Shown: positions 1-10,138 of the stretch, piece after piece
Layout: every line of letters begins with the position of its first letter
How positions within the stretch are numbered: position 1 is the first letter of the stretch
Virus record (IMG/VR): IMGVR_UViG_3300027749_000040
Span: 64,001-128,000 of that record
Source: a virus
DNA: 64,000 nucleotides
Reading direction: 5' to 3' (one strand)
Notes under the pieces: generated by a model
What the model was told of the DNA's origin: nothing
What the model saw: the letters and a program-made list of their open reading frames with translations, nothing else
Databases searched by the model: none
Translations under genes and position numbers: made by a program

Positions 1-2
1 GG

Positions 3-1121
3 TTGGATATGCTTAATGGTGTAGAAATAGCAGGTTGTTCTGTATGCAATAATAGATCAGGATCATCAACAACTCATCGAGATGAAACTAATGCTCTTTG
101 GTTTAACAATAATATTGATATAATAAATCAAACTCATTTAGACGGATTTTTACCGGAACATAAACTTAAATACATTGATGCTAGATTTAATAATTTATGT
201 AATTTGAAGTGTAGAACATGCACTCCTCATTTTAGCACCAGTTGGCATGCAGATTATGAGAAGTTGCGTAATTCGACAGAATCTAATAAGTTCCCCAAAG
301 CACTGTTAATACCCGGAAACAGTGATGACCATTTATTAAATGAAATACTCCCGCATTTATCTGAGACAAATCGTATCTATTTTGCAGGTGGAGAACCATT
401 AATGCAGATTGAACACTATAAGATTTTAGAAGAATTAGTAAATCTTAAACACACCGGTACTACCTATAAACCCTTAACAATACAGTATAGTACTAATTTT
501 AGTTCACTAACTTTAGGAAAACATTTTGTTATTGATTATTGGAAAAAATTTAATAGGGTAATTGTAAATGCTAGCTTAGATGGTAGTCATGAACGGGCTG
601 AGTACTGGAGAAAAGGTACTAACTGGTCAACTATAATTGAAAACAGAAAAGCCCTTATAAAGAATTGCCCGCGTGTTATGTTTAATATTGGATTTACTTT
701 GTCTTGGGTAAATGCATTTAACCTATTAGACTTTCATAAAGAATGGGTAAATTTAAAATATATTAATATAGATTCAGTAAATGTTAATTTGCTAGACATG
801 CCGTTTATGTATTCATTGAAAAATATACCATCATGGAAAAAGAAAAAAATAGAATTAGCTTTTTGTGAACATATTGAATGGTTGACTGAGAAAAAAGCCA
901 AAGATAGGACTAAAGATCAATTTGTAAATGCCATAAATTTTATGAATTCAATTGCCACTGGAGATGATTTTATTGGAATATTTGATTTTATGGAAACAAC
1001 AGAGCAATTAGATAAATTGCGGAATGAAAATTTCTGGAATGTGTTTCCAGAACACAACGATATGAAAGAATTAATATATGGATCTAACTCCCTACAAAAA
1101 TTGCCTAGCACTAACGAATAG
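3..1121 (+). CDS. Radical SAM protein (N-terminal twitch/SPASM type), probably 5'-truncated by window edge
   Basis: CNLKCRTC motif, FAGGEP, YSTN, ASLDG; clear paralog of 3519..4847. Confidence 0.9.
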   Translation: MDMLNGVEIAGCSVCNNRSGSSTTHRDETNALWFNNNIDIINQTHLDGFLPEHKLKYIDARFNNLCNLKCRTCTPHFSTSWHADYEKLRNSTESNKFPKALLIPGNSDDHLLNEILPHLSETNRIYFAGGEPLMQIEHYKILEELVNLKHTGTTYKPLTIQYSTNFSSLTLGKHFVIDYWKKFNRVIVNASLDGSHERAEYWRKGTNWSTIIENRKALIKNCPRVMFNIGFTLSWVNAFNLLDFHKEWVNLKYINIDSVNVNLLDMPFMYSLKNIPSWKKKKIELAFCEHIEWLTEKKAKDRTKDQFVNAINFMNSIATGDDFIGIFDFMETTEQLDKLRNENFWNVFPEHNDMKELIYGSNSLQKLPSTNE

Positions 1122-2229
1122 TATCTTTATTGCAAATGAAGAAAATCCATATAGACCCTGTTGCTGGTTTAAAACTTATATTAATGCGACTGATGTTAAT
1201 GATTACAAAAAACAATTAGCTGAAATAGATATCGAAACTAATTGCGATTATTGTATTCAACAAGACAAGGGCGGTTCATATAGTTACAGGCAACAATTTA
1301 ATGATGCTGAAGAATTAATTATAACTGCATCCTTTGACAACTTATGTAATTTAAAATGCATTACGTGTACTCCAAATAATAGCACACAGATTTTTGCAGA
1401 ACGTTTTAAATTCCATAATGAAGCAGATGCTCAATATTTAAAGAATTATATTACTGACGTTGTTAGTAAACAAGCACCTAAAAAAATAGATTTTATTAAA
1501 TCTATGTTAGCAGATGCTACATTTAAAAAACTAAGATTTGATATACTAGGAGGAGAACCATTAATTAACCCTGCTATTTATGAGTTCTTGGACTGGTTAG
1601 TAGAACAACCCTATGCAAAAGAAACAACAGTAGCTATCACAACAAATGGTACAACTTATGATGAAAAATTAATAAAATATATTAGTGGCTTTAAACGCAT
1701 GGGTGTACAATTAAGTATAGACGGAATTGAAGAAGAATTTGAATATCTTAGATACGGGGCCTCATTTGAAACTTTAGAAAAAGTATGCGATTCATTCTAT
1801 GAGCTAACAAAAAAATATGAAACTTTTCATATGGGATCTCATTATACACTATCGTGGATGAATTGTTTAAGATTCCCTAAATTTTTTAATTGGATGCAAA
1901 CTAGGTATCCTGATATAAGTGATATTTATATTAGTAAGTTACAAGAACCTAATCAATTTTCCATTGAATTGTTGTCTTTAGCTCAACGCCAAAAGATATA
2001 TGATGATGTAATAAGTAGATTGAACTCTCCAATTAATGAATCATATAAAAGAACATTATTTTTATATAAAGAACATATGCTAAACACTACATATGATGAA
2101 TTTAATTTAGAAAAATTTACATTTGGATTAGGAATGCTAACCACCTCAGATCGCAAACGAGGTAACAACCATATGAAGATAGTAAAAGATTTTATAGAAT
2201 TTATTGAAATTGAAAAAAATGATAGATAA
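1078..2229 (+). CDS. Radical SAM protein with N-terminal Cys cluster
   Basis: CNLKCITC, LGGEP, TTNG, LSIDG; N-terminal C..PCC..CDYC. Confidence 0.9.
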   Translation: MDLTPYKNCLALTNSIFIANEENPYRPCCWFKTYINATDVNDYKKQLAEIDIETNCDYCIQQDKGGSYSYRQQFNDAEELIITASFDNLCNLKCITCTPNNSTQIFAERFKFHNEADAQYLKNYITDVVSKQAPKKIDFIKSMLADATFKKLRFDILGGEPLINPAIYEFLDWLVEQPYAKETTVAITTNGTTYDEKLIKYISGFKRMGVQLSIDGIEEEFEYLRYGASFETLEKVCDSFYELTKKYETFHMGSHYTLSWMNCLRFPKFFNWMQTRYPDISDIYISKLQEPNQFSIELLSLAQRQKIYDDVISRLNSPINESYKRTLFLYKEHMLNTTYDEFNLEKFTFGLGMLTTSDRKRGNNHMKIVKDFIEFIEIEKNDR

Positions 2230-3529
2230 AAAGATTGATGAATTATCAAAAACTTTTTGTAGCGTACCGTGGTTACAAATTCATACAGAACCGGATGGTA
2301 AAGTATTTCCCTGTTGTTATTATACCCATGCTAGTAATTACAATTTAGGTAACTGGAACGAACAAAAAATAAAAGACATATTCCATGGTGACAAATGGAA
2401 TAAACTTAGAAAAGATTTCTTAGATGGAAAAAAGCCTAACGCATGTAATAGATGTTGGAAAGAAGAAGATTCAGGAATTGTTAGTATGCGTCAACGATTT
2501 AATGAACGATATTCAAACTTTCCAGACTATACTAATCAGAACGGATATAATAAATTTGATGATATTATAGCTGTAGGGAATGATGACGGCTCCGTAGAAG
2601 ATATAAAATTGGCTACTGTAGATTTGATATTCAATAACCTATGCAATATGAAATGTAGAACATGTGGTCCCGGCTTAAGCACATCCTGGATTCCTGACGA
2701 AATTAAATTGGGTCGTTCAAAAATTAACCCGGTATCATTGTTGACAAACGAAACGGTCACTCATATGAAAGATGATTTAGTTGCATTAGTTGAGATGGTC
2801 GATCCTTATACTGAGATACACTTTAGTGGCGGCGAACCCATGATGCAAGCAGATCATTATCAGTTCTTGCAATTGTTGCTAGACATGGGCAAAACTAAAG
2901 TAAAAATTCGTTATAACACAAACCTTACAGTGTACACGCTTAAAGAGTACAATGCATTTGAAATGCTTAAAAACTTTGATAATGTATTTATGGTTGGAAG
3001 TTGCGATGCTATGGGCAAGCAAGGTGAATATATTCGTAAAGGATTTGATTGGGAAAAAGCTTTAGAATGGTTAAAGACTTGTAAAGAATATTTACCCAAT
3101 GCTGATTATGGAATAAGTGCAGTGTATAGTTTATTAAATGCTTCAGCATCCGTTGACTTTCATAGATATATGTGCGAAAGTACATTATTCAAACGAAGTA
3201 ACGGTACTAACTTTGGATTCTACTTGAACACATTGCACGAACCTATGTGGTTAAAGACAACTCTATTACCGATAGAAGTTAAAGAAGTAGTTACAGAAAA
3301 AATTAGTAAGCATATTGAATGGCTTAGTGAAACACAACCACATGACTTTCATTATGATGTATACATTGACCATTGGAAGAATGCTATTACATTGATGAAT
3401 AGTGCTGACCATAGCGGATTGATACCAAATTTCTACAAAGAAACACATTTATTAGATAGTATACGCAATGAAAAGTTTGAAGAAGTATTTCCTGAATTAC
3501 ATGAAAAAATGAAAATATATGACAAATGA
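2204..3529 (+). CDS. Twitch/SPASM-domain radical SAM protein
   Basis: N-terminal FCSVPW...GKVFPCC...CNRC, then CNMKCRTC and SGGEP. Confidence 0.9.
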   Translation: MKLKKMIDKKIDELSKTFCSVPWLQIHTEPDGKVFPCCYYTHASNYNLGNWNEQKIKDIFHGDKWNKLRKDFLDGKKPNACNRCWKEEDSGIVSMRQRFNERYSNFPDYTNQNGYNKFDDIIAVGNDDGSVEDIKLATVDLIFNNLCNMKCRTCGPGLSTSWIPDEIKLGRSKINPVSLLTNETVTHMKDDLVALVEMVDPYTEIHFSGGEPMMQADHYQFLQLLLDMGKTKVKIRYNTNLTVYTLKEYNAFEMLKNFDNVFMVGSCDAMGKQGEYIRKGFDWEKALEWLKTCKEYLPNADYGISAVYSLLNASASVDFHRYMCESTLFKRSNGTNFGFYLNTLHEPMWLKTTLLPIEVKEVVTEKISKHIEWLSETQPHDFHYDVYIDHWKNAITLMNSADHSGLIPNFYKETHLLDSIRNEKFEEVFPELHEKMKIYDK

Positions 3530-4847
3530 TTTTAATCCAGTTGAAATGGCAAAGAACAGCAAAACATTTTGTATCTTTCCATGGATACAGCAATATGTAG
3601 GACCGCCGGGTGATGTTAAACCGTGTTGTGTATATGACAATCAAGATGAGATTGGTAGTTTAAAAGAAAACACATTAGCAGAAATTTGGAATAACGATAA
3701 GACAAAACAAATGCGTTTAAACTTCCTTAATGGAATTGAAGAACCAAGTTGTAGTATATGTAACCGTCGTGCAGGATTAGGTCATGCACATAAAAATGAG
3801 TACAATAGAATGTTCTTTGACAATGATGAAGAAATTCAAAAAATTGTAGCAAGCACTAATACAGACGGATCATTGGATGAGCACAAACTATACTACATTG
3901 ATGTTAGATATAATAATCTATGTAATTTAAGTTGTCGTAGTTGTGCTCCGCATTTTAGTACTAGTTGGGTAATGGATCATCGCAAATTGTATAACTTAGC
4001 TGAAAGACGAGATAAAGATGATGGTTATCAATTCCCGGGCAAGACAGAAGTACAAGCATTAGAAGAAATAATTCCTCATCTAGCAACAGCTAAAATGATT
4101 TACTTTGCAGGTGGTGAACCACTGATGCAAAAGGAACACTATGAAGTACTCAACAAATTAATTGAGTTTGGCAACACTGATTTAGAGATTCGCTATAACA
4201 CAAACTTCAGTAACTTTAAATTAAAAAAATACGACAATGTATTAGAGTACTGGAAGAAGTTTTCAAATGTACATGTGTATGCTAGTTTAGATGGTAGCCA
4301 TGAAAAGGGTGAATACTGGCGCAATGGTATAGATTGGAAGCAGGTTATAGAAAATCGTACACAAATGATGGAGGAATGTCCTCACGTGCATTTTATGATA
4401 TCATATACTCTAAGTTGGCCTAATGCTTTTAACTTAGTAGAATTTCATAGAGAATGGGCAGAATTGGGATATCTCAAACCAGAACACATGATGGTTAACC
4501 CATTAGACACCCCTTCGTACTATTGCTTGAAAAATATTCCAGATTGGAAAAAAACAGAGATTGAAAAAGCATTGCAAAAAAATATTGACTGGTTAAAATC
4601 TTTAGACCCGACGTTCGGAATCATAAGTATGTATGAGACAGCAATTAAATTCATGTGGGATAAAAATGGGCAATACTACAATGGCATTGACGAGAGTTTG
4701 AAAGAATTCAATAAAATCTCTACCCGATTAGATGAGATACGTGATCAAAGTTTCTTTGATGTATATCCTGAACATATAAACATCAAAAATTATTTGATCC
4801 ATAATGAATTAAATGTTGAATTTGACTACAGCACATCCAAAAAATAA
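3519..4847 (+). CDS. Twitch/SPASM-domain radical SAM protein
   Basis: FCIFPW...VKPCC...CSIC; CNLSCRSC; AGGEP; YNTN. Confidence 0.9.
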   Translation: MTNDFNPVEMAKNSKTFCIFPWIQQYVGPPGDVKPCCVYDNQDEIGSLKENTLAEIWNNDKTKQMRLNFLNGIEEPSCSICNRRAGLGHAHKNEYNRMFFDNDEEIQKIVASTNTDGSLDEHKLYYIDVRYNNLCNLSCRSCAPHFSTSWVMDHRKLYNLAERRDKDDGYQFPGKTEVQALEEIIPHLATAKMIYFAGGEPLMQKEHYEVLNKLIEFGNTDLEIRYNTNFSNFKLKKYDNVLEYWKKFSNVHVYASLDGSHEKGEYWRNGIDWKQVIENRTQMMEECPHVHFMISYTLSWPNAFNLVEFHREWAELGYLKPEHMMVNPLDTPSYYCLKNIPDWKKTEIEKALQKNIDWLKSLDPTFGIISMYETAIKFMWDKNGQYYNGIDESLKEFNKISTRLDEIRDQSFFDVYPEHINIKNYLIHNELNVEFDYSTSKK

Positions 4848-6100
4848 TGGAAGAAAAGAAACTATTTAAAATAAGAGATGAGACAAGCGATACGTTTTGT
4901 CTAGCAAAATTTCATGAGGCAAGCATCTGGGTTTACTCGGGTAAGATTGCCAGTTGCCATTATACCCCGTTTATTCAAGTGGGTAATACAGTAGATACAT
5001 TCTATAATCCAGCAGAAAAACGTGAACAACAAAAGAAAATGTTAGCAGGAGAACAACCACCTGCATGTGATAGTTGCTGGCGTTATGAGAATTTAGGATT
5101 GCGTAGTGACAGAACACGCAAGAGTCTAAGTTTTACTGACCATTTAGCCGCAGAAGATTATAAGAATCCTAACTATGTGTTCAAACCCAAAGCATTAGAG
5201 TTAGCATTTCAAAATACTTGTAATTTAGCATGTAGCTATTGTAGCCCGCAATTTAGTACTAGTTGGACCAATGATATTAGAGTAAATGGCGTTTACAAAG
5301 GTATTATTACTGATGATCGCAGACACTATCAAAAGGATATAAACGAACTTAATGAGATGATAGACCCGCCTGATATGACATTGTTCTGGGAATGGTTTGA
5401 GAGTGTTGCTACTGGTTTAGAATCTATTCGTGTTTCCGGTGGTGAACCACTAATGCACGAAGAAGTTTTTCGTGTATTTGAAATGATGACAGAGATAAAC
5501 CCTAACATTGAATGCGTGATACACAGCAACCTCTGCCAAAAGCCAGCAATCATGGATAGATTCTTTGATAAGATTAGTGGATTAACTAATTTACGAATGA
5601 ACATTAGTAATGAATCTGCAGGCGAGACTGCTGAATTTGTGCGTGAAGGTATGATATACACCGAATGGTTGGAGAATATCGAACGACTAGCAAACAGTAC
5701 AGTAAAAGAGTTTAGTGTAAGCACCACTGTAAGTGCAATTGCATTACAATCACTTGACCAAATGTATTTGGACATAATTAATATTCGGAAACACACAAAA
5801 GTAAAACCCTATATCTCTATCAACATGGTTGATAAGCCAGACTTTCAAGGATTTGCTTGTTTAACACGTGAAGAACGTGACTTCTACATTAATAAGTACA
5901 CAAAGTTTTATGATTCAATTAAGGATAAGTTATTACCAGTAGAACATGAACATTGTGCTAGACTGCTTAAGTTTTTAGATGAAGGTTTCATTAAAGAAAC
6001 CCAACCACAATTACGTAAAGACAGTGATATATTCTTTGAACAATATACTCAGCGTAGAAATAAACCAGACAATCTAGCAAAATATATAGGATTAAAATAA
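4847..6100 (+). CDS. Radical SAM protein with N-terminal Cys/His cluster
   Basis: FCLAK...SCH...CDSC; CNLACSYC; SGGEP. Confidence 0.9.
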   Translation: MEEKKLFKIRDETSDTFCLAKFHEASIWVYSGKIASCHYTPFIQVGNTVDTFYNPAEKREQQKKMLAGEQPPACDSCWRYENLGLRSDRTRKSLSFTDHLAAEDYKNPNYVFKPKALELAFQNTCNLACSYCSPQFSTSWTNDIRVNGVYKGIITDDRRHYQKDINELNEMIDPPDMTLFWEWFESVATGLESIRVSGGEPLMHEEVFRVFEMMTEINPNIECVIHSNLCQKPAIMDRFFDKISGLTNLRMNISNESAGETAEFVREGMIYTEWLENIERLANSTVKEFSVSTTVSAIALQSLDQMYLDIINIRKHTKVKPYISINMVDKPDFQGFACLTREERDFYINKYTKFYDSIKDKLLPVEHEHCARLLKFLDEGFIKETQPQLRKDSDIFFEQYTQRRNKPDNLAKYIGLK

Positions 6101-7272
6101 TGGAACGAATGTATGAAGTAGAGAATGTAAAAAGATTGCATATAGAATTGTCTAGTAGATGTAATGCTAGTTGTCCTGCGTGTAGTAGAAACTATTCAGG
6201 CGGTCCTGTTGCGGATAGTTTGGAACTAACTGACTTATCATTGGATGACATTAAGCGTATGGTTCCCAAAGAGATAGCAAAGAATTTAATTGGTATAAAT
6301 TTCTGTGGTAATGTAGGTGATCCTGGTATGGCACCTGACTTAATTCCTATACTAGAATACTTTAGAGAGCAATCACCAAAAATAGTTCAACAACTTAGAA
6401 CCAATGGTGGTATGCGTAATGACAAGTTTTGGACAACATTGGGTGATTTCTTTGTAAAACAACCACCTCCAAGAGACAATCATTTGTTTAGTAAAGCCGG
6501 AGTTGTATTCAGCGTAGACGGGCTAGAAGATACAAACCATATATACCGAAGAGGTGTTATATGGGACAAACTAATTAGAAACATGAGAGCTTATAGTGAC
6601 ACTGGCGCTTTTGCTGTTTGGGAATGGTTATTATTCGAACACAATGAGCATCAAGTTGAAGAAGCAAGAACAATAGCTAAAGAATTGGGATTTGAATTTA
6701 TTGTTAAAAACCCATTAGGTTTTGGTGAGTATGAAGATACATTAAGTGGGATGAATGTGTACGGTAAAGACGGGGACTATGAGTACACTATATGGCCTAG
6801 TAAATATACTGGGCATAGAAAAGAGCCGTTGTTTGGTAAAAAAGTTGATTTTACTTACATGAACAGATTAACTATTCCTATCTTACCTGAGTTTAGTAAA
6901 GAATTAGAAAAGAATTCAGATATAGTTTGTAAGTCTATTGAGCATAAGGAATCTAAAGAAATATACATATCAGCAAATGGATATATGTTACCGTGTTGTT
7001 TTTTAGGTGGAGTGTTTGGTCAGTTTCATAGTTCATATTCACGCTATCAATTTAACAAAATGATTAATGATTATGGATTAGAAGTTTTTAATTTAAAAAA
7101 TCAATCAATATTGGATATTATTCAAGGTCCTGATTTTAGTAAGTTCTTTTTAGATGGATGGAAAGCAGATACAATTGAGAATGGTAAATTGTTATATTGC
7201 TTAGAAACATGCGGGCACAAGTCTGCTATGGACAAATTATATAGTACAAAAATTATAGAGGTGGCTAAATGA
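6100..7272 (+). CDS. Radical SAM protein with C-terminal SPASM/twitch domain
   Basis: CNASCPAC; CGNVGDP; RTNG; FSVDG; C-terminal C...GYMLPCC...CLETC. Confidence 0.88.
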   Translation: MERMYEVENVKRLHIELSSRCNASCPACSRNYSGGPVADSLELTDLSLDDIKRMVPKEIAKNLIGINFCGNVGDPGMAPDLIPILEYFREQSPKIVQQLRTNGGMRNDKFWTTLGDFFVKQPPPRDNHLFSKAGVVFSVDGLEDTNHIYRRGVIWDKLIRNMRAYSDTGAFAVWEWLLFEHNEHQVEEARTIAKELGFEFIVKNPLGFGEYEDTLSGMNVYGKDGDYEYTIWPSKYTGHRKEPLFGKKVDFTYMNRLTIPILPEFSKELEKNSDIVCKSIEHKESKEIYISANGYMLPCCFLGGVFGQFHSSYSRYQFNKMINDYGLEVFNLKNQSILDIIQGPDFSKFFLDGWKADTIENGKLLYCLETCGHKSAMDKLYSTKIIEVAK

Positions 7273-8000
7273 AAATAGGTGTATTTGGTGATAGTTTTGC
7301 AGATAGAACGCCGTACAATCCAGAGAGCCCCTTCAAAGAAGATGAGTCGTGGATTGCCGATATGGAATCAGCCGGACACAAGATAACATCGTACGGAAAA
7401 ACAGGAACTTCTACGTGGTATTCCTTTCAGCAATTTATAGCGCACTGTGAACAATTTGATCACATTGTGTTCTGCTACTCATCACTTCACAGAATGCATC
7501 ATTTACCGGATGGGCTAGAAGATTTGAGTTTTCTAACAACCCCTGATGAGTTATATTCATTGAGAAGAAATAAAAATTTATCTAAACAACAAGAATTAGA
7601 AATGGTTAGAATATTGACTGGACATGTACCTAACATTTCAGTGCCTTTTGATATTTGGATAAAGCAAAAAATATTTAATGATGTAAACTTAATGTGTTAT
7701 AGTAAAAATATTAAACTTGTAAATCTTCTTACCTTTGATGATAGAAAAGATAAACATACTACTATATCACTGGAAGAAAGACACGGAGAATGTTTATATA
7801 ACTTATTTGCTGTAAGTAAAAAAGAGTTACCTACTATGGGTGATGTAGATAATAGATGGTGTCATCTATCTAAGGAAAATAATATAGTATTGTCTAACAT
7901 TATATTTAATTCTTTAATCAGCGAAGATAAAAACATTATTGATTTATACAAAAATACTAATTTTTTATATAACAAAGAAATTACTGCGAGGTATGAATGA
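7269..8000 (+). CDS. SGNH/GDSL-like protein
   Basis: N-terminal VFGDSF, C-terminal RWCHLS; paralog of 58194..58958. Confidence 0.6.
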   Translation: MKIGVFGDSFADRTPYNPESPFKEDESWIADMESAGHKITSYGKTGTSTWYSFQQFIAHCEQFDHIVFCYSSLHRMHHLPDGLEDLSFLTTPDELYSLRRNKNLSKQQELEMVRILTGHVPNISVPFDIWIKQKIFNDVNLMCYSKNIKLVNLLTFDDRKDKHTTISLEERHGECLYNLFAVSKKELPTMGDVDNRWCHLSKENNIVLSNIIFNSLISEDKNIIDLYKNTNFLYNKEITARYE

Positions 8001-8749
8001 GTACACTTGATAGAATAATAGTGTTAGGTGATAGTTATACGTTTGGACATGGCTGTTCGGACAGAATATACTATTATGACGAAGACCTTAAAAAATTTGT
8101 AGGAGATATAACTCCTATGCAACAGTGTATTCCTAGCGAATACTGTTGGCCAGCACTATTGCAAAAAGAATTTCCTAATTTAAAAATATTTAATTTATCG
8201 CAACCCGGTCATTGTAATCCGGGAATGTTTAGAGATTTATCAGAATTTTATTTCAAAAATGGTCATAAGTCAAATGATTTGGTTATTTTCAACGGCACAT
8301 TTCCAGATAGGATAGAAGTTAAAACTATGTATACTGACGATGAAATTGGATCATGGTCGATTAAATGGGAGTATATGTCAGGTGGACAAGATTTTAAAGA
8401 ATATATTTCAGCCCAAAAGGAATATACTAAACACTTATATCATGAAAAAATAGGTATTAATCTAACATTAAGTTCTTTGTTTAGTATACATGGTTATACC
8501 ACAGTCAATAGACATAATTTTTTATATAGCATGCCTGATTATTTACTTAAAACATTACAAAGGCACGTAGAACCATTATCAAAGTATAATATACCACCTA
8601 TCCATAATTATGATTTTTCAAGTGAAAACAACTATCAATTCAATATAACATGTCAAGCTAAGGACACACATACCAACGAAAGGGGTCATGAAATTTATTA
8701 TGAAAAAGAAATAAAACCCCGTATAGAAAAATTTATAAGTAAACAATGA
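7997..8749 (+). CDS. SGNH/GDSL-like hydrolase or acyltransferase
   Basis: LGDSYTFG block I; C-terminal DTHTNERGH. Confidence 0.65.
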   Translation: MSTLDRIIVLGDSYTFGHGCSDRIYYYDEDLKKFVGDITPMQQCIPSEYCWPALLQKEFPNLKIFNLSQPGHCNPGMFRDLSEFYFKNGHKSNDLVIFNGTFPDRIEVKTMYTDDEIGSWSIKWEYMSGGQDFKEYISAQKEYTKHLYHEKIGINLTLSSLFSIHGYTTVNRHNFLYSMPDYLLKTLQRHVEPLSKYNIPPIHNYDFSSENNYQFNITCQAKDTHTNERGHEIYYEKEIKPRIEKFISKQ

Positions 8750-10050
8750 AAAAAACATTCCCTATACAAAACGATGCCGCTTGTCTCTACAAATGGGCTT
8801 GGAGTACCTTATTTTTAAGTAGAGGCACTACTTCAAGTTGTCATAGAGGTCGTCATTGGAGATTGACTGAAGATAACTTTATGGATTTTCACAACCATCA
8901 TGGTAAACTCGCTGATAGAGAAAAAATGGCAAGTGGTGAATGGCCTGGTAACGGTTGTGAATATTGCAGAGACATTGAAAAGACCGGTGGCAAAAGTGAT
9001 AGGACCGGATTTGTCAACGAATCAATTGAATTACTACCCCCGGAGTTTGAAGGATATGTACAACGTGCATATGAGTTTGATAGTATTCCATTAAAAGTTA
9101 GCCCCACCTTGCTTGAAGTATACTTCAATAACGTATGTAATCAATCATGTGTATATTGTACCCCCGGTTTTAGTAGTCAGATTGAACAAGAAGTTCGTAA
9201 ATTTGGACCTAGCAAATTTAATGAAGATTACAGCACATGGCGCCCAGACTCTAAGTATGAAATGTATAAGGAGAAGTTTTGGGAATGGATGGAAAAGAAT
9301 AGCGAACACTTGCAAATTTTACAAGTATTAGGCGGAGAACCGTTATATCAAAAAGAATTTGAGCAATGCTTGGATTTCTTTGACAGAAATCCTAGACCAA
9401 ATTTAGTCTACCGCTCGTTCAGTAATCTAAAGCATGAACCTGAAAAGTTCAAAGCAAAAATTCAACGTGTGCAAAACTTAATAGATCAGGGAAAATTAAA
9501 ACGTATGGAATTTGTCTGTAGCATTGATTGCTGGGGGCCGGAAATTGAATATGTGCGTGATGGATTAATATTAACTGAATGGGAACAGAACCTAAATACA
9601 TTATTACATTCCCCGGGCGTAGGCGTATTGATTCACGCCACTCTTACTGCATTGACATTGCCCACCTTACATCAGTTAATAGAGAAAACAAATGAATGGC
9701 GCACGATTAAATCTACGGTTGGTATTAATTGGAACACTGTGGTTAGACCCTCAACATTCAATCCATATAACTTTGGTAAATATATAGCACCTTTTATTGA
9801 TGCATCGATTCAAGCGTTAGAAAATTATAGTGATCCCATCGAAAAAGAAAAACTACAAACTCATTTAATGGGAATACAACAACAACTATTGACTACCCCT
9901 GCAAACAAGAAAGAAGTTAATGATTTTGCTAACTTCTTAACTGACATAGACAAACGTAGAAATAGAGACTGGCAAGCAATATTTCCTCAGATTGTAGATA
10001 TAATAAATACTATCAACAAAGAGGAGCCGGATCATGTTCAAGTGGATTAA
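8746..10050 (+). CDS. Radical SAM protein with N-terminal Cys/His cluster
   Basis: ACLYKW...SCH...CEYC; CNQSCVYC; LGGEP. Confidence 0.9.
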   Translation: MKKTFPIQNDAACLYKWAWSTLFLSRGTTSSCHRGRHWRLTEDNFMDFHNHHGKLADREKMASGEWPGNGCEYCRDIEKTGGKSDRTGFVNESIELLPPEFEGYVQRAYEFDSIPLKVSPTLLEVYFNNVCNQSCVYCTPGFSSQIEQEVRKFGPSKFNEDYSTWRPDSKYEMYKEKFWEWMEKNSEHLQILQVLGGEPLYQKEFEQCLDFFDRNPRPNLVYRSFSNLKHEPEKFKAKIQRVQNLIDQGKLKRMEFVCSIDCWGPEIEYVRDGLILTEWEQNLNTLLHSPGVGVLIHATLTALTLPTLHQLIEKTNEWRTIKSTVGINWNTVVRPSTFNPYNFGKYIAPFIDASIQALENYSDPIEKEKLQTHLMGIQQQLLTTPANKKEVNDFANFLTDIDKRRNRDWQAIFPQIVDIINTINKEEPDHVQVD

Positions 10051-10138
10051 AAATTTATATCACAGTATAAAATCGGAAATTCGTTATCGTAAACGATTAA
10101 AAGAATTACGCAAAAGAGATCCCTTCATCTACAAATGA
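10034..10138 (+). CDS. 34-aa basic peptide ending RDPFIYK (not in ORF track)
   Basis: MFKWIKNLYHSIKSEIRYRKRLKELRKRDPFIYK; GAGGAG RBS at 10021-10026; stop overlaps next start (ATGA); fills the gap between neighbouring genes. Confidence 0.75.
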   Translation: MFKWIKNLYHSIKSEIRYRKRLKELRKRDPFIYK

